Shown: positions 12,669-23,300, counted from the first letter of the stretch. The stretch: DNA of 64,000 nt from an uncultured delta proteobacterium (GCA_963771175.1 CAVYSY010000054.1:1-64000); one strand, 5' to 3'. Notes: a model not told the origin generated them from the sequence alone. Numbers and translations: made by a program.

Positions 12669-13472
12669 CTAATGCCGCCCCAACTCCCTGTCCCAGGCCC
12701 ACAATTGCCCGCTCACCGCGTATTTATAGGCGCTGGAGAAATCCTCGAACTTCTTCGGGGGAAGCGCGCGGAGGCGCTCGCGCAGGAAGTCCGGGTCGCT
12801 GAGCACGTCGCGGTGCTTCAAGTCGGTGTCCATCTCCACCACGATAGGAATCACCCGGAGCACGGCCTCTTCGCACTCCTCGCGGGTGGCGCGAGCCATG
12901 CGCTCCACCGTCAGGGCCAGGTGCTCGCGGACCGAGGCCGGGCCTCCGGGGCACCAGGCCTCCAGGGTCTTGCGGTAGATATCCTCCACGAGCTCCTCCA
13001 TCGTGTACTTCTTACCGAACCAGAACGCGTAGCGAGGGCCTTGGAGCACGTCCCAGAAGCGGAGCAACGAGGCGAGCCGGTTCGCCATGCGCACAGCGTT
13101 CTGCGGCGGGGGTGGGGACACGGCATGGTAGAGGGCCCCCCACGGGGTGCTCAGGCAGAAGGACTCGAAGGCATTTTCCGTGCGTTGACGCTCCTCCTTC
13201 GGGACGCGTTCGTCCAAGCTGGTGAAGACCTCGGCGAACAGGTGCACCCGCCAGCGCGGGCGGGCCCAGTCGAAACCTTCGGCCCCCGAGTGCATCACCA
13301 GCACCTCGCCGGGCAGCACCTGGTGCATCTGCCGGGGCTGGGGAAAGGCACCGGTCTTGAGGTACTCCCGGGCCCACCAGTGGCCCTCGGCTCTCACCTT
13401 GCGGAGGATGGCGGCGGTGGTGTCGTAGAGCCACGCTGGAAACTCGAGCACCGGGAAGGGGGCCGGGGTCAT
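12669..13472 (-). CDS. Hypothetical cytoplasmic protein, candidate immunity protein
   Basis: Long GC3-biased ORF directly downstream of a secreted nuclease-like gene; no signal peptide. Confidence 0.7.
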   Translation of the reverse strand: MTPAPFPVLEFPAWLYDTTAAILRKVRAEGHWWAREYLKTGAFPQPRQMHQVLPGEVLVMHSGAEGFDWARPRWRVHLFAEVFTSLDERVPKEERQRTENAFESFCLSTPWGALYHAVSPPPPQNAVRMANRLASLLRFWDVLQGPRYAFWFGKKYTMEELVEDIYRKTLEAWCPGGPASVREHLALTVERMARATREECEEAVLRVIPIVVEMDTDLKHRDVLSDPDFLRERLRALPPKKFEDFSSAYKYAVSGQLWAWDRELGRH

Positions 13473-13559
13473 GGTCTTTCGCCCTACCACAGCGGTCAAT
13501 TGCGCCTCAAGCGCCAGGCACTTCGCTCGCTCCGAGGGTGGCAGACGCCTCCCGCCCGC

Positions 13560-14303
13560 TCAGCGGCAGTCCCCAGGCAGGTAGACCTGGCCCTGGAAGC
13601 CCTTGGGGCGTTCGCCCCCATCATAGGCAGCCCGGATCGCCTGCTCGGCCAACTCGCCGCGCTGCGCTATTTCTTCCCTGGGCAACTCCTCTTCCTTCTG
13701 GGCCGCCCGCTCCTTCCAGGAAGCATTGGGTTTCTTGCTCCGGTAGCTCCAGCGGTACAGCGTCACTCCGGGCTCGGGCGTGCGCCAGGACAACTTCCAG
13801 AGTGCTCCCCCATTCTCGAATTCGAGGAAGAGTGACCCCTCGAAGCCAGTGCCTCCCACGAGTTTCTTGTCAGGGTCGACGGCCTCATTCAGAGCCGCGA
13901 GATAGCGCCCCGCCTGTTCTCTGCCTTCCCCGCGCGACTCCTCATCGTCCGGCTTTATTTCGAAGAGCACGAGGGCGTCGGTATCGGTGATGTCCGGGCG
14001 CAAGAGCCTCACGAACTCCGAAAGACGCTCGGGGTCCCCCAACTTCCCCTCCTTCACGATTCTGGAGAGACTGGCGGTGTTGAGGAAGACGACGCGGGAG
14101 GGATGCTGCACGCGGTACGCTCTGCCAATGGCCAAATGTGCGGCCCTTCCCAGAAAAGCGCCCCAGGGCTCCTTGGAGTCCGGCTTGCGGCCCGGGAGCG
14201 TGGAGAAGGGCGGCTCCGCCTGGGCACTGAGGGCCGTCATGAGCACCAGGAGAAAACCCGCCAGCCCCAAGGTGCTCCTCGTCCTGCTTCCACTGTTTTT
14301 CAT
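13560..14303 (-). CDS. Secreted PD-(D/E)XK (restriction-endonuclease-fold) nuclease-like protein
   Basis: Signal peptide ending ALSAQA|EP; motif G.AAH...LRPDITD...FEIKP...Q..RY; GGAGGAG RBS. Confidence 0.7.
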   Translation of the reverse strand: MKNSGSRTRSTLGLAGFLLVLMTALSAQAEPPFSTLPGRKPDSKEPWGAFLGRAAHLAIGRAYRVQHPSRVVFLNTASLSRIVKEGKLGDPERLSEFVRLLRPDITDTDALVLFEIKPDDEESRGEGREQAGRYLAALNEAVDPDKKLVGGTGFEGSLFLEFENGGALWKLSWRTPEPGVTLYRWSYRSKKPNASWKERAAQKEEELPREEIAQRGELAEQAIRAAYDGGERPKGFQGQVYLPGDCR

Positions 14304-14410
14304 GTCCAACAGGCTCCTCCCCGAGCGGTGTGACATCCCAATGACGACCGTTGGCCTCATGCATGGAAATGGAAGCCTGAGAGGGGTCGGCAAGTTGTAT
14401 ATACGCGGAT

Positions 14411-14839
14411 GTGTCGAGCGAACCGTCCGTCGAGCAGGAGCTGATGCGAGGCGACAAGGCCGTACAGTCGCGCTTCCGGTTCGCCTTCATGGCGCTCGGT
14501 TGCGTGTGCGTCGGCCTCGGAGTCCTCGGCGCGTTCCTGCCGCTGCTGCCGACGACGCCCTTCCTGCTCGTCGCGCTGTGGGCCTTCTCGCGCAGCTCCC
14601 GCCGCTTCCACGACTGGCTCTACACGCACCCGCGCTTCGGGCCTCGGCTCCAGGAGTGGCGTGAGTACGGCACCATCCCGGTGAAGGTGAAGGTGAGTGC
14701 GCTCTCCGCCATGGGAGTGAGCCTCGCCCTCATGGCCTTCGTCGCGCGCGTGAAGTGGCCCGCGCTCGCCGGGGCCGCCGCGGTCATGCTGTTCGGCGCG
14801 ACGTACATCCTCCGCCGTCCGAGTCGTCCGCCCGAGTAG
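14411..14839 (+). CDS. YbaN/DUF454 family inner membrane protein
   Basis: GVLGAFLPLLPTTPFLLVALWAFSRSSRRFHDWL.HPRFGP signature. Confidence 0.9.
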   Translation: MSSEPSVEQELMRGDKAVQSRFRFAFMALGCVCVGLGVLGAFLPLLPTTPFLLVALWAFSRSSRRFHDWLYTHPRFGPRLQEWREYGTIPVKVKVSALSAMGVSLALMAFVARVKWPALAGAAAVMLFGATYILRRPSRPPE

Positions 14840-14902
14840 GCGAGTAGGGGAGGGTTCAATCCCCTGGCCGGCTCGGCCTATGGTTCGCCCTGGCGTGGCC
14901 GG

Positions 14903-16116
14903 ATGCCCGAGCAGGAGCGGCGAATGATTCCAGCATGGCAGGACAGTGTTAGTACCTCGACATCTCCCCAGCGTCGGCGTCCTTCGCGGCTGTGCGCACT
15001 CGTCACCCTCCTCTCGGTGCTGTCGAGCGGGTGCCTCGGCCACTTCTACGAGGTGCCGCGCACGGAGCTGGAGCGGGTCGTGATGAAGCCGCCCCAGGAG
15101 CGCGGTCAGGATGTGTATGCCGTGCAGCAGTTCGTGGTGGCCGACGAGCCGGATCCGGCCCCCGCCTGGGCGCCTCCCGACGGTGCGCCGCCGCCAGGCT
15201 ACTCGATGAACTCGCACGGCTACTGGGTGCCGGACCTCTACCTCAACTACGGCGTGCCCTACTACGATCCGCCCGTCTACTACAGGACCTCACGCGACGG
15301 CCCCTCCGGTGTCCACGCGGCCACGCCCGTCACCGATACCTCGTCTGGCGGCTCGTCCTCCTCGGGCGGCGTGGCGGTGGCGGCGGCGACATCGGTGATG
15401 TGGGCAAGCTCCTGGCGTTGGCCATCGTCGTCGGGGTCGCGGTCGGCATCGTGGCCGCGGCCTCCGAGGGGGCCCGTTTCGACGGCTCGGTCGCCGTGCA
15501 CCCGCACCACCCGGTGCATCTCTGGAGCCGCGGTGGCGGGCGGAGCACCGTCCCGCTCGACGAGCTCACCTTCGATGATCTGCGAGACGTCGAGAGGGCC
15601 GTGCTGTCGGGCCATGAGGGCGCCGGCATGTGGCTGCGCGATGCCGCGCCGCTCAATCGCAAGGGCTTCTCGTACCAGTTCGGTGCCGGCAACGACAGCT
15701 TCGCGCTGCCCGGTCGGCTGACCTGGCGGAGCGCCGGCTTCCACTTCGCGTTCGGCTACTTCCCCTCGAAGAAGCTCGGCATCCTCGCCCACTCGCGCAT
15801 CCAGGTCGGACTCGACGAGAGCATGAGCTTCTACAACACGCGCCTCGGCCTCGAGGCCCAGTGGTACCCCCTCTCCCTGTGGCGCCTGCACCTGGGGCCC
15901 TTCGTCGGGGGCGGGCAATCGTGGGCCGCCTCGGCCGGAGCGATGCCCGCCATGCGTGGCGAGCGGCCCTACGTGTCCTTCGGCGGGCTCGCGGAGTTCG
16001 ATCTGACCACGCGTCTGGGATTGACCTTCCGTTGGACCGAGGACTGGCTGCCGACCGTCGGTGGGGACACCCGTGCCCTCAACCACTCGTGGTCGGTGGG
16101 GCTCGCCATCTACTGA
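14903..16116 (+). CDS. Lipoprotein with C-terminal beta-barrel-like domain (frameshift near 15370)
   Basis: Lipobox-like LSSGC; Pro/Tyr-rich and Gly/Ser-rich linker; second frame has alternating beta-strand pattern ending WSVGLAIY. Confidence 0.65.
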
Positions 16117-16161
16117 GCGGCGGTTGTTCGTGAGTCGGGGGGTGATGCAGTACAAGGCCGC

Positions 16162-17370
16162 ATGCACCTGCCGGCCTTCCTCCAGCGCCCGTCCATGCGG
16201 GCCCTGTTGCTCGTCGCGCTCTCCTTCGTGGGTTGGGGAAGCTGGGCGCTCGTGAGTCCCTACCAGGCTCCCTACGGAGGCCTGTCCGGAAGGTTCTCGG
16301 ACCACATCTCGCACATGAACGCCGCGCGCCTGTTCGCCCTGTGCGGCACCTGCGTGTGGGAGCAGCCCGCCGAGGAGTTCCTGCGGCGCTACACCGAGGA
16401 GGAGCGGCGGCAACTGCCCGAGGAGCTCCGGCCCTACATGACCGAGAAGTCCCCGCTCTACGTCGTTCCGGGCGGGTCGCTCGACAAGCCGCTCCTGCTC
16501 AACTGGCCCATGTTTCCGCGTCCCTACCCACCGGGAGCCCTCCTGCTCTCCGCACCGGTGGCGCTCGCCTACCACTTCACCCCGCTCTCGTTCTCCGGCG
16601 CGGGCCGCCTTCTCGTCCTGAACTACCTGCTGTACGCCCACCTCGGCCTGTTCTTCGTGCTGCGCTGGCTGATGTCGGGCTCGGCCCAACCCCTGGCGCT
16701 CGGGCTGCTCGGCGGGTTCCTCCTCTACAGCGAGACGATCCGCTGGGCACTCGAGGGCTTCTACGACGTGGCGTTGCTGGCTCCGCTCGCGCTCTGTGGC
16801 CACTTCCTCTTCCAGCGGCGAGGACTGGCGGCGCTGGTGAGCTACTGCGTCGCGGCCTTCATCCACTACCGCGCGTTCCTCTTCGCGCCGTTGTCGCTCT
16901 ATGCGCTGTACCTCCTCCTGCGCGAGGGGAAGCGCGAGCCCTGGGGTGTGCGGGAATGGGTCGCGATGGGGGCCGTCGCCGTGCTCGGGGGAGCGAGCCT
17001 CCAGACTTTCGGGCTCGTCGCGCCGTCGCTCTCGCTCTTTCCGCTCACCAATCCGTTGCGGAACCCGGAGACGCACGGACTGCTGCACCTGCTCGTCGGG
17101 GGCGGCCTGGCGGCGGTGGCGCTCCTCTACGCGCGGGCGTGGCTGGACCTGGCGCTGCTGGGCTGGATGGGGATGATGCTCGCGCGCATCTACCAGACGC
17201 AGGCCTGGCACGCGCTGTCGCTGTTGCTATGGATGGCGCTCCCGGTGTGGACGTCGCGGAGCGAGCGGGTGCCGATGGTCCGAGACGTCCGGCTGGCAGT
17301 CGTCTGGATGATGGCGGTGCTCGTCTACAAGCAGACGCTGCTGCCGGCCCGGCTGGTGGACTATCTCTGA
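16162..17370 (+). CDS. Polytopic membrane protein, possible GT-C-fold glycosyltransferase
   Basis: About 10 hydrophobic segments; extracytoplasmic loop after TM1 with FSDH; PYPPGALL motif reminiscent of GT87-like proteins. Confidence 0.6.
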   Translation: MHLPAFLQRPSMRALLLVALSFVGWGSWALVSPYQAPYGGLSGRFSDHISHMNAARLFALCGTCVWEQPAEEFLRRYTEEERRQLPEELRPYMTEKSPLYVVPGGSLDKPLLLNWPMFPRPYPPGALLLSAPVALAYHFTPLSFSGAGRLLVLNYLLYAHLGLFFVLRWLMSGSAQPLALGLLGGFLLYSETIRWALEGFYDVALLAPLALCGHFLFQRRGLAALVSYCVAAFIHYRAFLFAPLSLYALYLLLREGKREPWGVREWVAMGAVAVLGGASLQTFGLVAPSLSLFPLTNPLRNPETHGLLHLLVGGGLAAVALLYARAWLDLALLGWMGMMLARIYQTQAWHALSLLLWMALPVWTSRSERVPMVRDVRLAVVWMMAVLVYKQTLLPARLVDYL

Positions 17371-18263
17371 CGCGAGTGGGGGGAGGGCCTGAGCTTCTCC
17401 AACTCGGTGATGAGGAGCTCCGAGACCCGGCGCACCCGGGGGATGTCGAGCGCCGACTTCGCGCACACCAGGTGGAGCGAGCTGCGCGCGAAGGGCCCGA
17501 GGTCGATGGGTAGCGGCACGAGTGATGTCGGGCGCGAGAAGCGGTGCTGGAGGCGACTCATCACCACGGCGCCGACCCCGGCCTCCGCCGCCGCGAGGTG
17601 AACGAGGAAGTTGTCCGAGGTGAATGCCGGGGTGAAGCCGGGGATGAGCTCCTCGAGCTGAGGATTGGGCGGCAGGGTGTCGAGCGGTGGCGCCCAGGCA
17701 ATCCAGGGCACGTCGGCGAAGCCCGGCTTGCGCGGCAGCTTCGCGGCGAGGGACTTCGCGACGCAGACGACGTTCTCCAGCTCGAGCGAGAGCAGCACCT
17801 GGAGGCTCTCCTGGGTGGGCACCTTGCCGCGGAGCGCGAGGTCCGCCTCTCCCCGGTTCAGGTCGAGGTAGTGGATGCTGGAGAGCACCTCCATCCGGAG
17901 GCCCGGGTGCATTCCCGCGAGCCACGCGGCGAAGGGGGCGAGGAAGTCGGTGCACAGGTGGGGCGGTGCGGTGATGCGGACGAGCCCTCGGGGAGACGGG
18001 TCGGAGGACTCCGCGGCGCGACCGAGCTCGCCGGCCCACTCCGCCATCTTCTTCGCCGGTGCGAGCAGCCGCTCGCCCGCGCTGGTGAGCGAGGCTCCGT
18101 CGACGCTGCGCCGGAAGAGCGTCGTGCCGAGCGAGTATTCCAACGCGGCCAGGCGGCGGCTCACGGTGGGCTGGCCGATCCGGAGCCTCCGGGCCGCGCC
18201 GCTCAAACTGCCCGTCTCCGCCACCGCCAGGAACAGCCGCACGTCTTCCCAGGGGATATCCAT
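17361..18263 (-). CDS. LysR family transcriptional regulator
   Basis: WEDVRLFLAVAETGSLSGAARRLRIGQPTVSRRLAALE HTH motif; EADLALR. Confidence 0.95.
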   Translation of the reverse strand: MDIPWEDVRLFLAVAETGSLSGAARRLRIGQPTVSRRLAALEYSLGTTLFRRSVDGASLTSAGERLLAPAKKMAEWAGELGRAAESSDPSPRGLVRITAPPHLCTDFLAPFAAWLAGMHPGLRMEVLSSIHYLDLNRGEADLALRGKVPTQESLQVLLSLELENVVCVAKSLAAKLPRKPGFADVPWIAWAPPLDTLPPNPQLEELIPGFTPAFTSDNFLVHLAAAEAGVGAVVMSRLQHRFSRPTSLVPLPIDLGPFARSSLHLVCAKSALDIPRVRRVSELLITELEKLRPSPHSRQR

Positions 18264-18328
18264 GGATGGATGGCTACATGCCAGAATGGCGGATTTCAAT
18301 CCGCGAGCGCATGGATAGGGTTGGGTCC

Positions 18329-19252
18329 ATGAGAATCCTGCTCGTCACTGCCCTCGTCTCCCTGCTCACCGGATGCAAGGTGAGCTCCCACTCCACCCAG
18401 AATTCCACCCTCGGAGTCCCACGCTCCTCGGCCGAGCTGCTGGCGGTCGTCGACCAGCCGGGCCCGGTGCTGCTCGAGACGGTCAACTCCAGCGACTGGC
18501 AGATCAACCGGAGTGGCCTCATCAACCTGGAGCACCCGCGCGCGAAGGAGGCCGGCCTCACCGAGGGGCAGGAGCCCATCCAGGTGTACTTCCATGTGCT
18601 GCGGCACCCCACGCACGGCACCTTCATCGTCGACACCGGAGTGGAGAAGGCGATGCGGGACAAGCCCGAGGACGCGGCCATGAGCGGCCTGGTGGCCTCG
18701 TTCATGAAGGTGGACACGATGAAGATTCACGAGCCGCTGGGGGACTGGCTCGCGAAGCAGGAGGCGCCGCTCCAGGGCGTGTTCCTCACGCACCTGCATA
18801 CGGACCACATCATGGGGATGAAGGATGTGCCCGACGGCACCGCCGTCTACACCGGCCCCGGGGAGACGTCGGACCGCGCGTTCCTCAACCTGTTCTCACG
18901 GGGGAGCACGGACGCCGCGCTCGAGGGGAAGGCGGACATCAGCGAGTGGGCCTACGCGCCCGATGCGACGGGCCGGTTCGCCGGAGTCCTGGACATCTTC
19001 GGGGACGGCTCGGTCTGGGCGCTCTGGGTGCCGGGGCATACGCCGGGCAGCACCGCGTACCTGGTGCGCACTCCGAACGGACCCGTGTTGCTCACCGGTG
19101 ATGCGAGCCACACGCGCTGGGGCTGGGAGCACGACGTCGAGCCGGGCACCTTCTCCGGCGACCTGAAGAAGAGCGCCGAGAGCTTCACGCGCCTGCGCCA
19201 GCTCGTCGCGGATCATTCGTCCATCGAGGTGCGCTTCGGCCACCAGGGATGA
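18329..19252 (+). CDS. Metallo-beta-lactamase-fold hydrolase lipoprotein (AHL-lactonase-like)
   Basis: Lipobox LLTGC; THLHTDH, PGHTPG, TGDA and terminal GH metal ligands; divergent from the LysR gene. Confidence 0.88.
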   Translation: MRILLVTALVSLLTGCKVSSHSTQNSTLGVPRSSAELLAVVDQPGPVLLETVNSSDWQINRSGLINLEHPRAKEAGLTEGQEPIQVYFHVLRHPTHGTFIVDTGVEKAMRDKPEDAAMSGLVASFMKVDTMKIHEPLGDWLAKQEAPLQGVFLTHLHTDHIMGMKDVPDGTAVYTGPGETSDRAFLNLFSRGSTDAALEGKADISEWAYAPDATGRFAGVLDIFGDGSVWALWVPGHTPGSTAYLVRTPNGPVLLTGDASHTRWGWEHDVEPGTFSGDLKKSAESFTRLRQLVADHSSIEVRFGHQG

Positions 19253-19350
19253 CGGGACACGGGTAGAGTGTTGACCCCTTGCGTCATGAGGGGAGCGCCT
19301 GGGCCCTCGAGCCCTTCGCGCCTGACGCACCATCTTCCTGGAGAGACATC

Positions 19351-20506
19351 ATGGATGTACCCGTTTCATTCCGTCTGAATCCGAAGAGCCCGGCAGTGGG
19401 CGCCAGCTACGCCGCTGGCAAGGTCCCGATGACCGACGCTCATCGAGGATTACATTCACGAGCGCCTCGATATCGAGGGTGACTTCCGCGCCTTCATTCG
19501 CGAGCGCCACAAGGTGGCCGACTACAAGTTCGTCGCGGACCACTTCAAGTTCCTGTTCACCCGCTTCCTGCCCGAGGTGATGATCCACTCGCAGGAGCAG
19601 GACATCCGCATCGGCCGCGAGCACTATGACCGCGGCAACGACTTCTTCGGCTGGTTCCTCGGGCCGCGGATGATCTACACCTCCGGCTTCTTCACCTCGC
19701 CCAACCAGTCGCTGGAGGATGCGCAGGACCAGAAGATGAAGCTGGTGTGCGACAAGATGCAGCTCCAGAAGGGCGAGCGCTACCTCGACATCGGCTGTGG
19801 CTGGGGAACGCTCGTGGCCACCGCGGCCAAGAACTACGGCGTGGACGCGACGGGCATCACCATCGCGGAGAAGGGTGCCGCGTACGCCACGGAGCAGATT
19901 GCGCGGATGGGCGTGAGCGATCGCGCTCGCATCCTCACCATCGACTATCGCGACATCCCGGCCGGCCCGTACGACAAGATTTCCTGCCTGGAGATGGCCG
20001 AGCACGTGGGCGTGCGGAAGTTCCAGGACTTCATGAAGCAGGTCTACGGGATGCTCGCCGATGACGGGCTCTTCTACCTGCAGATCGCCGGGCTGCGCGC
20101 CAAGACGGGCCTGGTGGGCTTCCACTTCGAGGACCTGGTGTGGGGCCTGTTCATGAACAAGTACATCTTCCCGGGCGCTGACGCCTCCATGCCGCTCTCC
20201 TTCGTGGTGAGCAACCTGGAGCAGGCGGGCTTCGAGATCCACAGCGTGGAGAACGTGGGCATCCACTACTCGCTGACCATCTCGCGCTGGTACGACAACT
20301 GGATGAACAACCGCGCCGACATCGTGAAGACCTACGGCGAGTGGTGGTTCCGCGTGTGGCAGATGTTCCTCGGCTGGTCCGTGGAGATCGCCGCGCAGGG
20401 CTCGTCGACCTGCTTCCAGATCGTCGCCAACAAGAACCTCGATGGCTTCAACCGCATGCGCTGGGTGGGTGCCACGAACCTGGGTGAGCGCGACCTGAAG
20501 AAGTAG
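19351..20506 (+). CDS. Cyclopropane-fatty-acid-synthase family SAM methyltransferase, sphingolipid C9-methyltransferase-like (frameshift near 19435)
   Basis: HYDRGNDFFGWFLGPRMIYTSG, LDIGCGWG, CLEMAEHVG and KYIFPG motifs; N-terminus MDVPVSF... lies in another frame, with GGAG RBS. Confidence 0.88.
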
Positions 20507-20521
20507 ACGTCCTCGTGACGT

Positions 20522-20550
20522 GGTGGCGGGCCGAAGCAGGGCCCGTCACC
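20522..20550. terminator. Hairpin between convergent genes (probable bidirectional terminator)
   Basis: GGTGGCGGGCC-N7-GGCCCGTCACC inverted repeat. Confidence 0.55.
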
Positions 20551-20563
20551 GCGGTGGAGGTGC

Positions 20564-23300
20564 TCAGTCCCTGGCCACCGTGAGGTCCAGCACCGTCATG
20601 GACCAGGGCGCGAGCAGCACCTGCACGTCGTTGCCGGACTGGAAGAAGGACTTGCGCTCGGCGAAGCCCGAGGGCTCACCCGCGTAGGCCAGCACCCGGG
20701 CACTGGTCACCTTGCCGCAGCCGCGGAACTCCACCTGGGCGTTGCGCGCCTCGTCCGGCTGCAGGTTGAGCGCGACGGCCACCACGCGCTTGCCGTCGTC
20801 GCTGCGCGAGGCGAACAGGGACACGCCCTCCGAGTCCGAGGTCTTGTCGAACTTCGTGGGGACGTAGTTGTCCTGGAAGCGCCCGCCCTTGCCGTCGAAG
20901 TTGCGGAAGGCGCGGAAGGCCCAGAAGGCGGGGCTGCGGAAGGGCGGGTAGGTCCAGTGGAAGGCCGAGGTGAGGTTCTGCTCGGCGAAGCGTCCGAGCG
21001 CCTCGGCCAGCGCGAGGCCGCCGCTCATGTGCTTCTGGCGCCGAAGTTGTACTCGCCGATGGAGATGCCGCGGCCCGGGTAGTTCTCCGCGATCCAGCGC
21101 TTGAGCCGGGGGATGAGCTCGACGGTGTCGTCGATCCACGACTCGTCCACGTACTTCGGGTCCCACAGCGCGCGGGTGGAGCGGATGCGGCGCGCGGCGG
21201 TGTCGGGGTCGGTGGCGCCCGTCTCCTCGAAGCCGATGCCCTCGCCCTGCGGATAGAAGTGGACGTCGAGCACGTCGAGGATGCGGGTGCCGGTCTGCTT
21301 CTCGTGCTCGTGGAGCTTCTGCAGGTACCAGGCGAGCAGCGGCACGTTGCCGTGCGCCTTGCGGTCCGGCTTGTTGCCACCCGGCGCCACGTCCGCGGCC
21401 GAGTAGAAGTAGTCCGGCCAGCCCCACTCGGCGGGGCCGGCGATGACGGCGTCCGGGTCCGCCTGGCGCACGGCGGTGCCGTAGGCGATGGTGCGCTCGA
21501 GCAGCTCGTCGTAGGTGGCGGGCTCCGGGTGCACGTCGCGGTGCGTGGTGTTCCAGAGCATCGGCTCGTTGTCGAGGATGTACAGGTGCACGCTGCGCCC
21601 GCGCGTCTTGTCCTTCTCGCGGATGGCGCGCACCCACTCGTCGATGAACGGGGGCGGCGCCTCGACGCTGGTCTGGGTGGGCGGAGGGGCGTGAGCGCCT
21701 CGCCCGAGGGACCGATGCCGTTGCCGGCCTCGGGCACGTCCGGGTCCATCTTCTGCTGCGGGCCGAAGACGGACATCGGGAAGCCCAAGGAGCTCGTGTC
21801 CTTGGCCACCCAGCCGATGATCGGCACGGTGAGGGCGGACTGGAGCCCGTGCTGGAGGTTGGCCTGGAGGAAGCTCTCGTAGGTGTACTGGGGGCTGGTG
21901 CCGAGGACGATGTTGCGGAAGAACCAGTCGTTCGCCGTGTTCCAGGCGTTGCCCAGCTTCCAGTTGTAGCGGGAGGTGGGGTTGCCGCCCCAGCGGCGCG
22001 CGGTGGCGCCGAGCTCCCACTGGTGGGTGTCCTTGAGCTCGCGCAGGTCGTTGAAGGCGATGCCGTAGATGAGCGGGCTGATGCGGTGGCCGGGGGTGGT
22101 GCAGTCCACCACCACCTTGGCGCCCTTGGCATCACCGAAGGCCACACGGCCGCCGCCCACCTCGGAGGCGGACTTCGGGGCCTGCGCCACGGTGGGCGTG
22201 ACGACTTGGGCGAAGCCCACCTGGTTCAGCTCCACCCAGTCGGTGCCCACCTTCTTGTGCGCGCGCAGGACGAGCTGCGTGAAGGCTTGCTTCTCCGGGT
22301 TGAGCTCCTCCATGGGGACGAACACCTGCGTCCACTCGCCGTCATGCGCGGTGACGTACGTGTCCGACAGCCGGATGCGGGGGAAGAGCGTCTCGCCCTC
22401 GGAGTCCAGCCGCACCTCGAGGAAGTCACCGAAGCTCGAGGGCGCGCGGTAGCGCAGCGTCAGCCCGCCGTGCTCCACCGGCAGGCCCTTCTTGTGCAGC
22501 ACCCAGCCGCCCAGGTTGGCCAGGCGCAGCTTCGCCGGAGTGGGCCCCTTCAGCTCGCGCTCGGACCAGCCGAGGTCCTCCCAGCCCGGCTGCAGGCCGT
22601 TGTCGTAGGCCAGCTCCCCGGGCTCGACGATGGACCTGACGGTGCCCGTCCCCTGCTGGGCCTGCCGCGCCATGACGGTGCCCGCGGCGGGCGTCATGCC
22701 ACCGGGAGCGGTGAGGCCCCACTGGTCCACCTCCACCCAGTCATTGCCCACCTTCTTGTGGGCGCGGAGGACGAGGCGGGTGAAAGGCACCTTCTCCGGG
22801 TTGAGCTGCTCGAAGGGGATGAAGAGCTGCGTCCACTCGCCGTCGTGGTGCGCCACATGGCTCGAGTCCACGCGCACGCGGGGGAAGAGCGTCTCGCCCT
22901 CGGAGTCCAGCCGCACCTCGAGGAAGTCGCCGAAGCTGGAGGGGGCGCGGTAGCGCAGCGCGAGCCCGCCGAACTCGCCCTGGATGCTGGGCTTGGACAG
23001 CATCCACCCGCCCAGGTTGGCCATGCGCAGCTTCGCGGGTCCGGGGCTCTTCAGGTCGCGCTCGGCCCAGCCCTCGTCCTTCCAGCCGGGCTGGAGGGTG
23101 CCGGCGAAGGCCACCTCGGTGAGTGCGGGGATGTCATAGACGGTGGCACCCGAGGCCTGCGCGGTGGCGGCCTCCGCGATGGTGCGCTTGCACGAGCTGA
23201 CAAGGGGGGCGCACGCGTACACGCCGATCAGCAGGGCCGCGTGAGCCCACCTGCCGCCGCGTGTCCGTCGCGGTGCGCCGCTGGTGCTGGTTCGGCACAT
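20564..23300 (-). CDS. epsB: Glycoside hydrolase family 44 protein, EpsB-like, with a duplicated N-terminal module (frameshifts near 21690 and 21035)
   Basis: ISPLIYG, RRWGGNPTSRYNW, ILDNEPMLW, LDVHFYPQ and IGEYNFG GH44 motifs; last gene of the eps run; start overlaps the upstream stop (TGATG). Confidence 0.85.
22205..23115 (-). repeat. Tandem intragenic duplication (period about 501 bp) in the GH44 gene
   Basis: Near-identical DNA at 22381 and 22882 (GGGAAGAGCGTCTCGCCCTCGGAGTCCAGCCGCACCTCGAGGAAGTC); both copies encode LRYRAPSSFGDFLEVRLDSEGETLFPR. Confidence 0.9.
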
